From: Podarcis erhardii
Lineage: Eukaryota
Assembly (NCBI GenBank): GCA_964252035.1
Contig: OZ176202.1
Length of the DNA: 64,000 nucleotides
Reading direction: 5' to 3' (one strand)
This document shows, piece after piece, positions 1 through 13,347 of the stretch. Position numbers and translations under genes: made by a program. How positions within the stretch are numbered: the first letter of the stretch is position 1; every line of letters begins with the position of its first letter. The notes under the pieces are model-generated. The model saw only the letters and a list, made by a program, of their open reading frames with translations. It had not been told where the DNA came from and made no database searches.

Positions 1-338
1 GGACTAGCACGGATGCTAGATGGTATTGTATTTTTCTACAAGATAACATAGTTATTCTTCAGTTAATGTTGCTATTACCCAATCATTATACTCATCACCT
101 TACATGCATTCACAGATGGCAGCTTTTGGTGGTTTCTGAAAGATACTTGATCCCATCACTCATGGTACATTTTGAGGAAACTGATGCTGAACTAATGCAA
201 TTAATATTGAAAAAAAGTACTTTGCTTATTTAAACCAAAACACATATGTACATATTAGCATAGGTTTTATTTTTTTTTAAAAAAACAACAACCTGGTATC
301 AGTTTTGCTGCTTCTAAATTTTTGTTATTTATTTTCAG

Positions 339-598
339 TTGTTTGGTCCAGGAATTCAGCCTCATCATTGTGACCTCACTAATATGGATGGAGTTGTTAC
401 AGTTACCCCAAGAAGCATTGATGCTGAGACTTATGTAGAAGGTCAGCGGATCTCAGAGACCACTATGCTGCAAAGTGGTATGAAGGTTCAGTTTGGGACC
501 TCTCATGTATTTAAATTTGTGGATCCCATTCAAGATCACATTCCTAAAGGACGTCTAGATGCAGGACACATGGTGAAAAGTTCACGACTCAAAGCTGG
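339..598 (+). CDS. AFDN: Afadin exon (FHA domain C-terminal part) LFGPGIQPHH...SSRLKAG
   Basis: ttttcAG acceptor at 337-338; GG|GTAAAT donor; peptide near-identical to vertebrate afadin; phase 0 to 2. Confidence 0.97.
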
Positions 599-1254
599 GT
601 AAATCACCATTTTCAAGCAATAATCCCAAACTCAGGAAATTATTTAAGATGGTGATGGCATAGCAATGTTTCATTTTTCAAGTGGCAACCCTGATAAGAA
701 TAATACAATTATCTTCTTACTAATGTTTAATACTCTTGCTCCATCTTGTGAAATCTTTTGGAATTTCCAGTTGCTTAATTCATACTTATAACTAATGTTG
801 TGTTGTAGAGTTCCATTAATAAAAGAGCAAAGTCAACATAGCTAAAGGCACCATGCTATACTATAATAATTTTATAAATGTTATAATTTTATAAAACCAA
901 GGATACTTGGAAGAAAATGCTGCACACCTTTCATATTACATGCATTTAAATGTATTCTTTATATGTCATGAGGTAAGGCATGATGGAAATCACAGTGGTC
1001 CCTGAACTGTAGTAGCATGAAGACACAAGTGTTGAACTATCTTTGTATTTGCAAGAGAGAGAGAGAGAGAGAGTTTTGTTTATAACATTTCTGCACTGCC
1101 TTTCCATAAAATGACTATGAGAGCCAACAATAAGTACAACAAATAAAATAATGGTAAGAATATCAATGAGCAGAATAGATTAAAATGTGGAAGTTTTGAA
1201 GTAACTTCCTAAATTTCTTTTAGTGACCTTTCTATAGTGTCATTTCTATAGTGT

Positions 1255-1367
1255 CTCCTGCCAACCTAGCAGTTCGCCGCTCCCTAGGCCAATAAAGCGA
1301 GATGAGCACCGCAACCCCAGAGTCAGCCATGTCTGGACCTAATGGTCAGGGGTCCCTTTACCTTTAC
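1255..1367 (+). mobile_element. 5'-truncated, internally deleted Sauria SINE
   Basis: ctcctgccaacctagcagttcg joined to ...ccaataaagcgagatgagc...tacctttacc tail; TSD ctatagtgtcatt (1232-1244/1368-1380). Confidence 0.8.
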
Positions 1368-1538
1368 CTATAGTGTCATTCTTTGAAAATGAGATAAAAT
1401 CTTTCTGTGTGTAAACATAATGTATATTTGCAGCTACTAACAAATTCCAGAAGCGATTAGTCGAAACATTGTTGTGCTGTGTGTCTGGATATTATATGTT
1501 GCTAATAATTAGTTCTTGAATGTACGTTGTCTTTTTAG

Positions 1539-1608
1539 AGCTGTACAGGAAACTACATTTGATTTGGAAGGAGATGTCCATAGTGGAACAGGATTGGCTG
1601 CAAGCAAG
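1539..1608 (+). CDS. AFDN: Afadin exon (G)AVQETTFDLEGDVHSGTGLAASK
   Basis: tttttAG acceptor, AAG|GTAACA donor; 70 nt, phase 2 to 0; matches afadin IVQETTFDLGGDIHSG. Confidence 0.95.
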
Positions 1609-1669
1609 GTAACAAATTGTCACCAGGCCTAGAAATGTGCTAAGTCATTTTACAACTGATAATTTAAAA

Positions 1670-1831
1670 ACGTTTTAGTAATATATACTGAAAATCTGGC
1701 TGTGAAGTCAGTCCGTCAGTCAGTCAGTCAGTCAGTAAGCTTTCTTTAGAGAGTAGTAAGCCTCTACTCTTTGGAAGAAAGCTTACTGACTGACTTCATG
1801 GCCAGATTTTTAGTATATATTACTAAAACGT
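1670..1831. repeat. ~160-bp fold-back (MITE-like) inverted repeat with (GTCA)n expansion in the left arm
   Basis: cgttttagtaatatatact...agtatatattactaaaacg; arms align with few mismatches. Confidence 0.85.
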
Positions 1832-2428
1832 ATTTAGGGCTTCATGTGTTATCATAGTTTTATTTTATATGCACAAGCCTCAGCCATTCATATTTCCTCC
1901 TTTGTCTTTCCTCTTCGGATGTATATATACAAGAGAAGGAGATTGAAAGCTTCTGATGGGATATTATGACACTTCCCTGTGACATCCAAACTTGGAACTT
2001 TGGTCAGTTTAAACTATGGCTAGTCAGAACTAGGCAGGATCAGAACAAGGTTTCATAACTTCATTAATCATAACTTACCAAACCACATTTCCCTAGGTTT
2101 AGCCATCATAGAAAGTTTTGCTTAATTTAAAGTATGGTTTCTCATTCTATATGAACTTCGCTTAGGTCTTGTAAAACAAAGGATTTTAAAACTGAAAATC
2201 AACCTTTTCAGATAGTTTTATCAAGGAACCTCCTTATTGAATTTCTGTACCTTTCAAAGTAGTATTGGATCACTGTCCTGGAGTGCACTGTTGGAACTCA
2301 CTTCTCACATGAATAGAGAGTACACCCTAAAATGTGTCCAACATTAACTTATAGTTGCAGAGGAAGGGTGGGCAAGGCAAATCTCTGATATGTTTTGTGA
2401 TAAATGCTACTAATCTTGTGTGGAACAG

Positions 2429-2541
2429 AGTACCAACAGATTGGATAGTGACAGAATGTCGGCATCCAGCACTGCTGAACGAGGCATGGTCAAGCCAATG
2501 ATCAGAATAGAACAGCAGGATTACCACAGGCAGGATGGCAG
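2429..2541 (+). CDS. AFDN: Afadin exon STNRLDSDRMSASSTAERGMVKPMIRIEQQDYHRQDG(R)
   Basis: cAG acceptor, AG|GTACCA donor; 113 nt, phase 0 to 2. Confidence 0.95.
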
Positions 2542-4494
2542 GTACCAAATAACATTTTTCAATTTCTAATGTTGATATGGGCAGACTGTATATTTTGATA
2601 ATCAACTTCATTTTACTACAAAAGCAGGACAGAATATGGTAGGATGTAGATGTAAAATGCAGAATTGTTTAATATATTTTTTAAAGGCAAAATATTTGAT
2701 TTCAAAGGATTCCATGGGGGTTGGTTTTTTTGAATAAAGCAAGACATGGTGCATTTCATTTTTAGCAAAAGAGCATTAAAATATGTATAAATATCAGGCT
2801 GTCTGGCAAATCTTTAGACGCAGGTGTGGTAATAGGATAATACAACTTTTCAGAAACAAGTGGGCCTTCTGCATTATTTGGATTGGGGAAAGCCTTTGCA
2901 CTTTCAGAACTACATTTGCCATAGACAGGATTACATGTTTTGAATACTGTACTGTATTAGGTTTCAAACCACTTCAGGAATTTCTCATGTAAAAGAGATA
3001 GCAAAACACAAATCACAATTTCATAGTCCTGCCAATAGTCATGATTCAGATTGTGTTCAAATTTAATCTGAAATCTGTCTGAGCTAAGGCAGTCATTATA
3101 TTGCTTTAAAAGGGGGAGGGGGAGTTGTGCAACTCAGACATATATTTAAGTGTAACTGGCAGCAGAATAGCTGGGGAAGCCATTGCCATATTAAATTATG
3201 GTCAAAAGAGGGAATGAAGGCAGATCTAATTAAAGTCCCAAGTACAAATTTAACTGAGTTGAAAGAGATTAGTGAGCAGAGACCATGATGATAAACGACT
3301 TGCTGCATCTATTTTCAAATGGGCATTTTCAGGTTGTCAGTTTCTTATGCGATGTCAAGAGAAATATATGCTTATTTCTGATTTAAACTCAGTACACATT
3401 TTGAAATGGCTGGCAATAGCCTTGTGTTACTGAAGAAAATGGGGAAACCTTTACTGATAATTGAAAAGTATGACCACATAAGGTTTTAAGTTGCAGGGTA
3501 GTACTGTTGGATTGATTTTTTTTAAAATAGTAATTTTTATTAGTTTTCAATTACAATTCAATAATAGCCTCATTATAACAATACCAATTTATAATACAAT
3601 TATTAATACCAATCATTTGAATACTGAATTATATAATTTTGATAATGTAGCCTCCCGCATGCTAGGGTTGATGGCTTGATTATTTGCTTTATTTCTGTGT
3701 TCCAAAATCTTATTAATTTCCATTACATTCCAGTCATCATAATAATCCCTTATACAACAACTGCAATATTAATAACTTCTGTTCGTGTGGAGCTGTTCGA
3801 TTGATTTGAAAAAATGGCTTGCCCTCCAGTCAGTAGGCAATAGTAAATGTCACTTCCGTTACAGACACATACTTCATCTTGTAACCAGAGACTCTCTGGT
3901 TTACACATTTGAAAGTGATAACGGGCTATTTAAAGTATAAAACCACAGTTAATTTTCCCTGTCACTTTATATCACATTAGTTCACATATTAAGCTATTAG
4001 TCATTCATTAAGTGACCTACTTGCATATGACCCAGCCTTCCAGGTCTCATAAAAACATAGTTTTTGAAATGGTTGTATCTATTACATTGTAGTAGCACCT
4101 GTGGATTTAGTGTGGTGCTAGTAAGCTAACCTCTCATTCTTCTTTTATGTGGCCTCATGCAGGGGCCTGTGTGTGTAACATGAGCTGTTTACAGCAGCTG
4201 ACAGGCTGCCTTGTGCACTGCAAATTCATTAAAATTTCATATTCATCTATAATGCAGACCTTCAGTTCATGATCTATCTTGTTAATGATCAAGTAGAACT
4301 TGAGAGTGAATCTAACAAGAAGAGGGGAGAATCAATATTTTTTGCCCCCAGTACTGTATTTTTCAGTTCATGTGAACAAAAATGGTGAATAAAGTCCCAG
4401 AAACAAAGCCTTTGGAAAAGTCTGTATCTTTTGATAGTGGAATTAATTTTCACTCTTTAAACTGGACTTTTAAAGATCTGCTTTCTGTCTGTAG

Positions 4495-4556
4495 ACCTCA
4501 GGATGCACATGGACCTGAATTGATATTACCTGCAAGCATTGAATTCAGGGAAAGCT
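4495..4556 (+). CDS. AFDN: Afadin exon PQDAHGPELILPASIEFRES(S)
   Basis: ctgtAG acceptor, T|GTAAGT donor; 62 nt, phase 2 to 1. Confidence 0.96.
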
Positions 4557-5909
4557 GTAAGTATTAACATTTCAAACAAAATCTGGTTAGGTGTGACATT
4601 TTTTTATTAACAATTTTTATTTCATTCTTATAGATAACTTCAAATATGCAAGCAGTTCAAAAAGTTACAGTGGTCACATTTTCCCCTCAGTCCCAGTCAT
4701 ACTCCTTACAAAAGCCAGTGAAATGCTACAAAGTGTAATAGTTGTTAAAGGTTATAGCTATCAATCCTATGCCTTTCGCACGGGACCACAAAGTAGAAGT
4801 AAGAGATGAAGTCAGAAATAGAAGCAGCTCTCGCGCTAAATAAAGGCACTGGTTTTATCAAGAATTTTAAACTACTTTGGAAGATTAACTGCTTAGGTAT
4901 TACTAAGTAAACTTGTAAACTACTTAGGTTTTACTAAAATCAACCGGTATATAAATTTTGTTGAAAATAATAATTTAAAAAAATTAAGAGAAAAAAATCC
5001 TGAAGTTGCATATTTGCAGAGCCATTTGCAGAGGTTCCTTTATGTACCTTCAAAATATTTCTACACCCTCCCCCAAAGGTTACAAGAATCACTCCCAGGT
5101 ATTTTTCTTAGTTCAGATAAGTCACACTTTCTTTGGCATAAAGATCTCAACCTATTAAAAAGTTAGCCTCATGCAAATCAGTATACTGTAGTGGTCCGTT
5201 TTCTTCAGTGGCCTGCTCTGCAAATTACAGCAACATCTGGCCACTCTACACTTCGCAGTAGGCCAGTGTGTTCTATATGGACTGCCCTGCAAGACAATTT
5301 AAGATAATCAACTGATCCAAAATATAGCAGCCAGATTACTGGTTGGGGTTCATATAACCCCTGTTTTGAAATAGCTGCACTAGTTGCCACTTTGTTTCCA
5401 AACCCAATTCAAGGTGTTCACATTGCAGTTTAAAGCAATAAACAACTTAGGCCCCAAGTATCTGCAAAACCATCTTTAGAGGTCTTTGGATATGCAGAGA
5501 GAGCTCTCAGAACTTCTTGCTACCCTTAGAAATGGAGGGTATGATGTCCCAGGAGAGTGCTTTCTCTGTAGCGGCCCCTGAATTGTGGACCTTCCTCCCC
5601 ACAGAAATGTGTCCAGCATCTTCCTTGTACACCTTTTGCTGTATGTTGAAGATGCACCTCTTTACCTTGGCCTTTGACAGTTAAGGTATTTTGTACTGAG
5701 GGACCAACCTCTTTTGCTGAATCTATATTGTTCTGTTCCACTTGGAACAGTTTTATGTGTTTTATAATTGAAATGATTTAAGCTGTTTATATCATTGTAT
5801 ATTCTGTGATCCATCCTGGGACTTGGTGGTGAAGGGCACGGAATAAACCTTGCTTATAAATAGAACAAGTTACGAATTCATCTGATCTTGGTTTATCTTG
5901 TTTTTGCAG

Positions 5910-6115
5910 CTGAAGATTCCTTTTTGTCTGCCATTATAAATTACACCAATAGCTCAACAGTTCATTTTAAGCTGTCTCCTACATATGTTTTGTATATGGC
6001 ATGTCGGTATGTATTGTCAAGCCAGTACAGACCTGACATCAGTCCTGCTGAACGTACTCACAAAGTCATTGCAATAGTCAACAAGATGGTGAGCATGATG
6101 GAAGGAGTTATACAG
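5910..6115 (+). CDS. AFDN: Afadin exon EDSFLSAIINY...MMEGVIQ
   Basis: tttgcAG acceptor, CAG|GTGAGC donor; 206 nt, phase 1 to 0. Confidence 0.97.
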
Positions 6116-8436
6116 GTGAGCTGCAGTTTTAAGAGAATTTCTGTGAATACATTTTCATAGCTTAATTTTTTTTATTCCAAAAATAAATACTTCACTTTTA
6201 GCAGGATTGTTTGACTTGATGGCTGTGGCTGCAATCACATAGCCAGTATGATAATGGATATCACAGGGCAGTTTATAAATATCACACAAAATGATTTCAA
6301 TTGCAGTGTAAAACAAACAAACAAAAAACTAATCAAGGTCCTCTAAAACAAAAATAAGATCAGTAACAGGATTCTCTTACTTGCATATAGACCTCATTGT
6401 CAGATATTGAACAAGAGATTCAGATAATCATGGTTTTAGAAAACTAGAAAGCACCTGTATTTAAGCATTTTAATTGGCATTTAGCTAGGTTCTACTCAGA
6501 GTAAATTAATAAACCTTAGTCTTTTCCATTAACTTCCATTGGTCTACTCTTGAGTAGGACTGGTGTCATACACCAACCTTTAGGTTTCATTTGTTGCCTG
6601 AGTCCATTAATTTCAATAGGTTTAATCTGAGTAGGACTCAGATTGGGTAACATTCTTTGCCAGCATGGGTCTTGAGCTCAAAATTTGGTTCCATGCTGTT
6701 GTCTACAGGAGGGGTAGTCAACATGATGCTTTCAGGTAGTGGTGGACTACAACTCCAGTCATCCCTGACCACCATACATACAGGCTAGAGTTGGAGTCCA
6801 GCAACATTTGGAAGGCCCCACATTGGCTACACCTCTTTTTTATGTATTGAATCCAGAATTCTCATGGGTGGAGCTCTGTTGGAGGAAGACACTTTTTATG
6901 GAATCCTCCTTCCCCTTGCAGCCTTGTGTATGCCTTGTAAACTACTGTGAATAGTTAAGAAAACCTCCGTGTGGGAAGTGGCATGTGGATTGCAGGGGAG
7001 GTTCCTCTGGTTCACAATTACTTTTAGGAACAGAAAGAGTTCGGAACATGGAGGGGGAACTGGATCCAACCCACTGTCTCGTATATATGCTCATTTATGC
7101 ATTCATATTAAAAACAGTTATTGTTTTTTGAATGATTGTAAGTAATTATATTTAAGAGAAATTCAGGTGTTCAACTGCAAATAAGCTTGCTCGTCACTCA
7201 GTTTTTATTTTTGGTACACGTGGTGCCAAAGTGAGCAGCAGCAGCAGCATCACTCAGGGTTTTTATTTTTTAGATTTTTGTGTCCCAAGATTTATTTTTT
7301 CAATTAAAACATACTTGTCTGTGAAAGCAATTCATTTATTATGGCTCCACTTGTATTTTCCTTTAAATGGTCCTATTTCTGTCTTCACCTGTCTCCCTGT
7401 TATGTTAGTAGTGCTATAGATTTGGCACGCAGTTCTGCCTGTCCTACACTTTCTGAATAATATGGAGATCTATCCCATTGAAGCCAGTAGAACCTTCCTG
7501 GCAGCAGCAGCGATTGAGGGTTGTGTGGGGCGGTAGCAGCACCTTCCTGGTGGTGGTGGTCTTGTGCACTGGTATGCGGCAGGGCAGTGGTGAGGTCAGG
7601 GGAGTTCTGGGCTGGTGTCATCAGCATCTCACAGGTGCGTGTACCTACAAGACACTAATGTCAACCTGGAATGCCCTCAGTCCATCCCTGTTGTGAGCGC
7701 AGTGCTGCTGGGAGGTAGGATTCCCTCTTCCAAGCAACATGCTACTGCTGCCTCCTGGCACTAGGCTATAACTCTTCCAGAAAGTGTATTGTGCCACACC
7801 ATGCATTTTGAGGCAGACAATTCCACACCTTCCTTTACAAGACTGTAGCATCTAGGTTTCTTGGAATGGCGGTCCCTACCAGCATTTAGCAATTTTGAGT
7901 GCATATCTGCAAATCTCACAGTAGATTGTGGAATAGTTTATGATAGATTGAATGTTATCAGTTTGGCTTTGATTGCAAAAATCTGATCAGCCCTTTATTG
8001 AACAAAAATGTAATACAAAACATAATTATTTTAAGTACAAAAATATACACCTATCATATTCCCTTTGGCCTCTGTTAAATTTAGGCTGTAATTCTATATT
8101 CCTACATGGGAGTAAGCTCCAATGAATACAGTAGTAATTATTTGTGAGTAAACATGCATAGGTTGCACTGTATAGTTTTCTACCTGATCTTTGCATGCAA
8201 ATTCTATAGTTTCCATGGAGCTTGAGCCAAACTTTTATTATAATTATGTTTATGCTTCCCTTCAATCATATGGTAAAATAGAAGGAAGAACTTAGGAATT
8301 TCAATTAATCACTGGAGTTCTGTTTGCATAGACCTTCCTAGATAGTAATTCAAGTAATTAGATTCAAAGCATTTTAAAAAGAAGCTATTCTACAAGCAGT
8401 ATCTATCTCAGTGAAAATCCAGAAAAGACAGCCAAT

Positions 8437-9154
8437 GAAGGACCAGGTGCGCAGCCTGGGAGTCATTTTGGACTCACAGCTGTCCATGGAGGCACAGGTC
8501 AAATCTGTGTCCAGGGCAGCTGTTTACCAGCTCCATCTGGTATGTAGGCTGAGACCCTATCTGCCTGCGGACTGTCTCGCCAGAGTGGTGCATGCTCTGG
8601 TTATCTCCCGCTTGGACTACTGCAATGCACTCTACGTGGGGCTAGCTTTGAAGGTGACTCGGAAACTACAACTAATCCAGAATGCGGCAGCTAGACTGGT
8701 GACTGGGGGCGGGCGCCGAGACCATATAACACCGGTCTTAAAGGACCTACATTGGCTCCCAGTACGTTTCCGAGCACAATTCAAAGTGTTGGTGCTGACC
8801 TTTAAAGCCCTAAACGGCCTCGGTCCAGTATACCTGAAGGAGTGTCTCCACCCCCATCATTCTGCCCGGACGCTGAGGTCCAGCGCCGAGGGCCTTCTGG
8901 CGGTTCCCTCATTGCGAGAAGCAAAGCTACAGGGAACCAGGCAGAGGGCCTTCTCGGTAGTGGCGCCTGCCCTGTGGAACGCCCTTCCAGCAGATGTCAA
9001 AGCGATAAACAACTACCTGACATTCAGAAGACATCTTAAGGCAGCCCTGTTCAGGGAAGTTTTTAACGTGTGATATTTTACTGTATTTTTGGTTTCTATG
9101 GAAGCCGCCCAGAGTGGCTGGGGAGGCCCAGCCAGATGGGCGGGGTATAAATAA

Positions 9155-9187
<33 letters not shown>
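8437..9187 (+). mobile_element. L2-clade LINE 3' end (RT C-terminal region + 3'UTR + (ATT)11 tail), young
   Basis: ORF 8411-9073 motifs SRLDYCNALY, LQLIQNAAARL, HITPVLKDLHWLPV; CpG-rich; (ATT)n at 9155-9187. Confidence 0.92.
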
Positions 9188-9191
<4 letters not shown>

Positions 9192-9739
9192 TTTTTGTGG
9201 GTGATGTAATCAAACACATATTGAGGGTGTACATATATCCAAACTTAGAAAAGAAATTCATGATACAACACACTGAGTGTCCATTAAGAAGCACTGTAAG
9301 ATTATTTAACAAATTTTGTAAGAAGAGTGTAGGTATCAGATGGATTAATTGTCACTGCACAAATTCTAGTGGCGAAATTACTTGAGATAAAACAGTCACA
9401 ACCATAGAAGAGTGCTCTTAAACTGGCATTTCTACTAGTTCTGTTTAATATATGAAAACTGAACTGACCTGGCTACACTGCTACAATGTCTGGCAGTCTG
9501 GTGTAAAGCTGCCTTCTCATGGAAAGGAAAGGCTCTGTTGTCTTCTGTGGAGCAGATCTCCATGTTACTCTTTGCAGGATTGCACAAAGTTTTCTCAGTT
9601 GTATCACATCTGGTGGTGAAATGTTTTAATGTGACTGAGCATAAGTCTTGTGCCTTCATATTTAGTGTTTGATTTCGAAAACTACCATGAATGTTCACAA
9701 GTTTCTTTCTTCTGTTTGATTTCCTTCGTTTTTCTCCAG

Positions 9740-9760
9740 GAGGTAGACCAGGTTGATCAG
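9740..9760 (+). CDS. AFDN: Afadin alternative 21-nt microexon EVDQVDQ
   Basis: Long pyrimidine tract + ccAG; GAGGTAGACCAGGTTGATCAG; CAG|GTAGGA donor; phase 0/0; peptide recalled from rodent l-afadin VIQEVDQVDQKQKN. Confidence 0.88.
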
Positions 9761-10506
9761 GTAGGATATATTGCTGGGAACTGATCCTAGCTGTGTTGGC
9801 TTAGCTCAGTTTCTCATGCTGCTTTCATGTAAAAATACAATATTTCTACAGCTGGATTGAACAGTTCATAACCCTCATTCAGCAGCTGGAACATGCAGTA
9901 CTAAAATCCTTTTTTGACTGCGCAGCCTATCAGCATTCCATAATTTCTGCTTAACGCACTTCAGTATGGAGACATAATGACAAAAGTTCTTTTTCTTCCC
10001 TTTTTTTGTTTTGTCTGTGGTTCTGTTCTTTGGATCTCATCTGAGGTTGCCTGGCCTAGCATTTGTGGTCGGGAAATGGTGAGATAGATCAGTACTCGAT
10101 ACTGAGTTGCTTGGTGTCAAAGCCAGTGGCTAGCAGTATCTGGGTGACAATGGGCATTAGTCAACATGTGCTTGCGCACATACAGATTACCAGATAATGC
10201 ATACATCTAAGCTTTCTGCATTTCATGACAACATGCTAACTCCATTTCACAAATGGCATTTGGAATATTTAATAATTTATCATTAAAATATCACTTGTAA
10301 TTTGAAGCAATTGCAAGATGTCCAGCATATATTACTTACAGTTTCATAGAAATTCTTTGCAAATATCTGGTAACTGAGTTATATTTGGTAATATGGAGGG
10401 GGTACTGGTCTATCTAAACAGAGCCTTTTGATAATGAATGCAAGCTGAATTGCCAGAGGAAGGCTTCCTTTTGATGTTTACACGACTTTTCGAAAAATAT
10501 TTTCAG

Positions 10507-10652
10507 AAACAGAAGAATATTGCAGGGTCACTTGCTTTCTGGATGGCAAATGCATCTGAGCTGCTAAACTTCATTAAGCAGGATCGAGAGCTTAGCCGAA
10601 TCACCTTAGATGCGCAAGATGTTTTGGCACACCTAGTTCAAATGGCATTCAA
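10507..10652 (+). CDS. AFDN: Afadin exon KQKNIAGSLAFW...VQMAF(K) (DIL region start)
   Basis: tttcAG acceptor, AA|GTAAGA donor; 146 nt, phase 0 to 2. Confidence 0.97.
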
Positions 10653-11787
10653 GTAAGATAATCAGATTTCTGTATATAGTACGTTCATCAAGTTTTTCCT
10701 TATTCAGGAAGAGTTATACATTCTTATTTCCAAATGCCTTTAAAAGCAGATATTGAGTGTTATCCAATATTAGTCATACCCAGAGTAAGCTCATTGAAAT
10801 CAATGAACTTTATTGCACTTATTTCAGTGGGTCTACTCAGAGTATAATTAATTGGCTATCACCAGTGTTTTTATTTTATTTTAATGAAAGTTGGTTAATT
10901 CATTTGTTTATTATATCTGTTAGGTGCTTTATCTACTGGTGCATTGTGCATCTTATCATGCTCTAAGTGAAGAGGAGTTCATCCTTATACTTGGGCACAG
11001 TAAAAATTCTGAAGATTCTTTATTAGAATTAATTTATATTAAGAGTGAAATGTACAAGCGACCTGTGTAATTAGAAGTAAAAAAATAAACTCCTTTTGTT
11101 ATTTTTCCAGATTCAAGCAATCTGCGTTGTGTAATTGAGCTAGTAGATTATATGTTAGGATTCCACTGGAAAGGGGGGGGGATGTGACACCCCCCATCAA
11201 AACACACATACCCCGCCTTTTTCCTTAACAGTTTTGGGTTGAATCCGGAGGAAGTCACGTTGTAGTCCCACTGAAATCTGTGGGACAAGTTAGTCATCAC
11301 TAGCTTAAGTCTCATTGTAACTATTTCCAGTGTCAGTTGCAACAAAACAATAAAGTGCCATAAGATTGTTGTTTATCTCAGTTCTTCTCCTAACATCCCC
11401 TGGGTACAATCCCATAAAAATCATAGTCCGTTTCAAAATATAACAGGAATTGACTTGGCACAGTTTGGTATTTTTAATTCAGTATTAGTGCAGCAATATT
11501 TCTTAATGCATCTGTTTCTTGGAAAATTGCTCAGGAAACTTGGTGAATAATAGATAGTGAGGATGCAGTCCTAAGCACACTGAGGAGTAAGGCCTGGTAA
11601 ACTCAGTGGGACACTGAGATATGTGCAGGATTGTCCTGAGAGTTGAATTGTTGACACTTAGGTAAATTCATTTTTTCCATGGCTGCAGGTTTTCATCAGC
11701 CTAATTTCTATGTTCATGAATCTAAATATTCTTTAAATGGGTGGAAGCCTTAATATTACTATCTATACAAAATTTTATTTTTTTCAG

Positions 11788-11882
11788 ATATTTGGTTCAT
11801 TGTCTTCAGTCAGAGCTTAACAACTACATGCCTGCATTTCTTGATGATCCAGAAGAAAATAATCCTCAAAGGCCTAAAATAG
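11788..11882 (+). CDS. AFDN: Afadin exon YLVHCLQSELNNYMPAFLDDPEENNPQRPKI (DIL)
   Basis: tttcAG acceptor, G|GTTAGA donor; 95 nt, phase 2 to 1. Confidence 0.96.
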
Positions 11883-12263
11883 GTTAGATCACTTTATGAT
11901 ATAATGTACTGAGCATAAGGTCAACTGTCATGAGAGGAACATGGTGGGAGACCTTATATATTGCAGGGAAATGCAATGTCTTTTTGCACGTACAATAAGA
12001 CGTATTGTACTTTGTGAGGAGTTCCTCATTAGCAAGCTGCATGGCAGCCATTGACATCTAATCCACCTTTCCCGATATTGTATGTTAGAATGTAACCGTG
12101 CGTGTATTTGTGTGTAATAATGCATGACCCTTCCCACTTGGATAACTCCAGTAACTGCCCTAGGCAGTTTCTTTAAGCCATGTACTGTGGCAGTGCCCAA
12201 CAATATAAATATAATATTTGTTCTAAAGACATTACCAATTATGCATATCTATTGGACCCATTA

Positions 12264-12485
12264 ACCTTGGTTGTCAAACTTAATCCGTTCCGGGAGTTCG
12301 TTCGAAAACCAAGGCGCAGCTTCCGATTGGCTTCAGGAGCATTCAATCAGAAGCCGTGTCAGATGTTCGGCTTCTGAAAAATGTTCACAAACTGGAACAC
12401 TCACTTCCGGATTTGCGGCGTTCGGGAGCTGTTTGGACCCAAGGTACCACTGTACCCAAGCTGTTTGACAACCAAGGTACCACTG
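12264..12485. mobile_element. Tigger/pogo-like MITE; left TIR eroded, right end duplicated
   Basis: accttggttgtcaaac...gtttgacaaccaaggtaccactgTA; ccaaggtaccactgta occurs twice; same family as 62889-63129. Confidence 0.75.
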
Positions 12486-12920
12486 TATAAAAATTCTAGA
12501 AAAGTAAGGTGCAGACAAGTAACCTTGAATTTATTGTAAATTTTCTATGTGCAGTCATGCTGCAAATAGGAAGAATTCTGCTCCTCCTATGCTTAAGGAC
12601 TGGCTTGTCTGGAAGGAATCTGTGAAATAGCTGACATTATATAATGCACAAATTATTATACCCCTTCTTGAACCTAAAAACAAGTTTGTCCATCCTCACA
12701 TTCTCTTAATTTATTGATGAAGATTGACATTACCTTTGTTTCTCCTTTTTCTGTGGTTTTCCTATGACGGTTGCTGCTTTTTACTATATGCATTGGGAAA
12801 TAAAAAAATAAAAAAAATATGGAGCACAAGTATTACTTCATTATGCAGATAAATACATCATTGTTATTAATGTCTTCCAGTTATAATGTAATATTTAACA
12901 CTGAGTAACTTAACAGAGAA

Positions 12921-13283
12921 GGGACACGGGTGGCGCTGTGGGTAAAACCTCAGTGCCTAGGACCTGCCGATCGTATGGTTGGCGGTTCGAATCCCCGCGG
13001 CGGGGTGAGCTCCCGTCTTTTGGTCCCAGCTCCTGCTCACCTAGCAGTTCGAAAGCACCCCTAAGTGCAAATAGATAAATAGGTACCGCTTTATAGCGGG
13101 AAGGTAAACGGCGTTTCCGTGTGCTGCGCTGGTGCTGGCTCGCCAGAGCAGTTTTGTCATGCTGGCCACGTGACCCGGAAGTGTCTCCGGACAGCGCTGG
13201 CCCCCGGCCTCTTAAGTGAGATGGGCGCACAACCCTAGAGTCGGACACGACTGACCTGTACGGGCAGGGGTACCTTTGCCTTT
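12921..13283 (+). mobile_element. Full-length Sauria SINE
   Basis: tRNA-like head gggacacgggtggcgctgtgg...ggttcgaatcccc; accttt tail; 12-bp TSD aacttaacagag (12907-12918/13284-13295). Confidence 0.95.
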
Positions 13284-13347
13284 AACTTAACAGAGTACCT
13301 CAACCTGGAATGCATAGCTGAGTAAACTATTGTATTTTTTCTTTTAG

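Noticed and set aside
6488-6640. Degenerate ~90-bp palindromes (also ~10790, 11555, 20800, 25430, 42530) as miRNA hairpins
   Set aside because: They resemble an abundant old reptile MITE-like repeat with poor pairing; no known miRNA was recognised.
8411-9073. 220-aa ORF as a host gene
   Set aside because: It is the C-terminal part of an L2 LINE reverse transcriptase ORF with a LINE 3'UTR and (ATT)n tail.
12910-13248. ORFs overlapping Sauria SINEs (also 45114-45341, 54744-55181)
   Set aside because: Chance frames in GC-rich SINE bodies.
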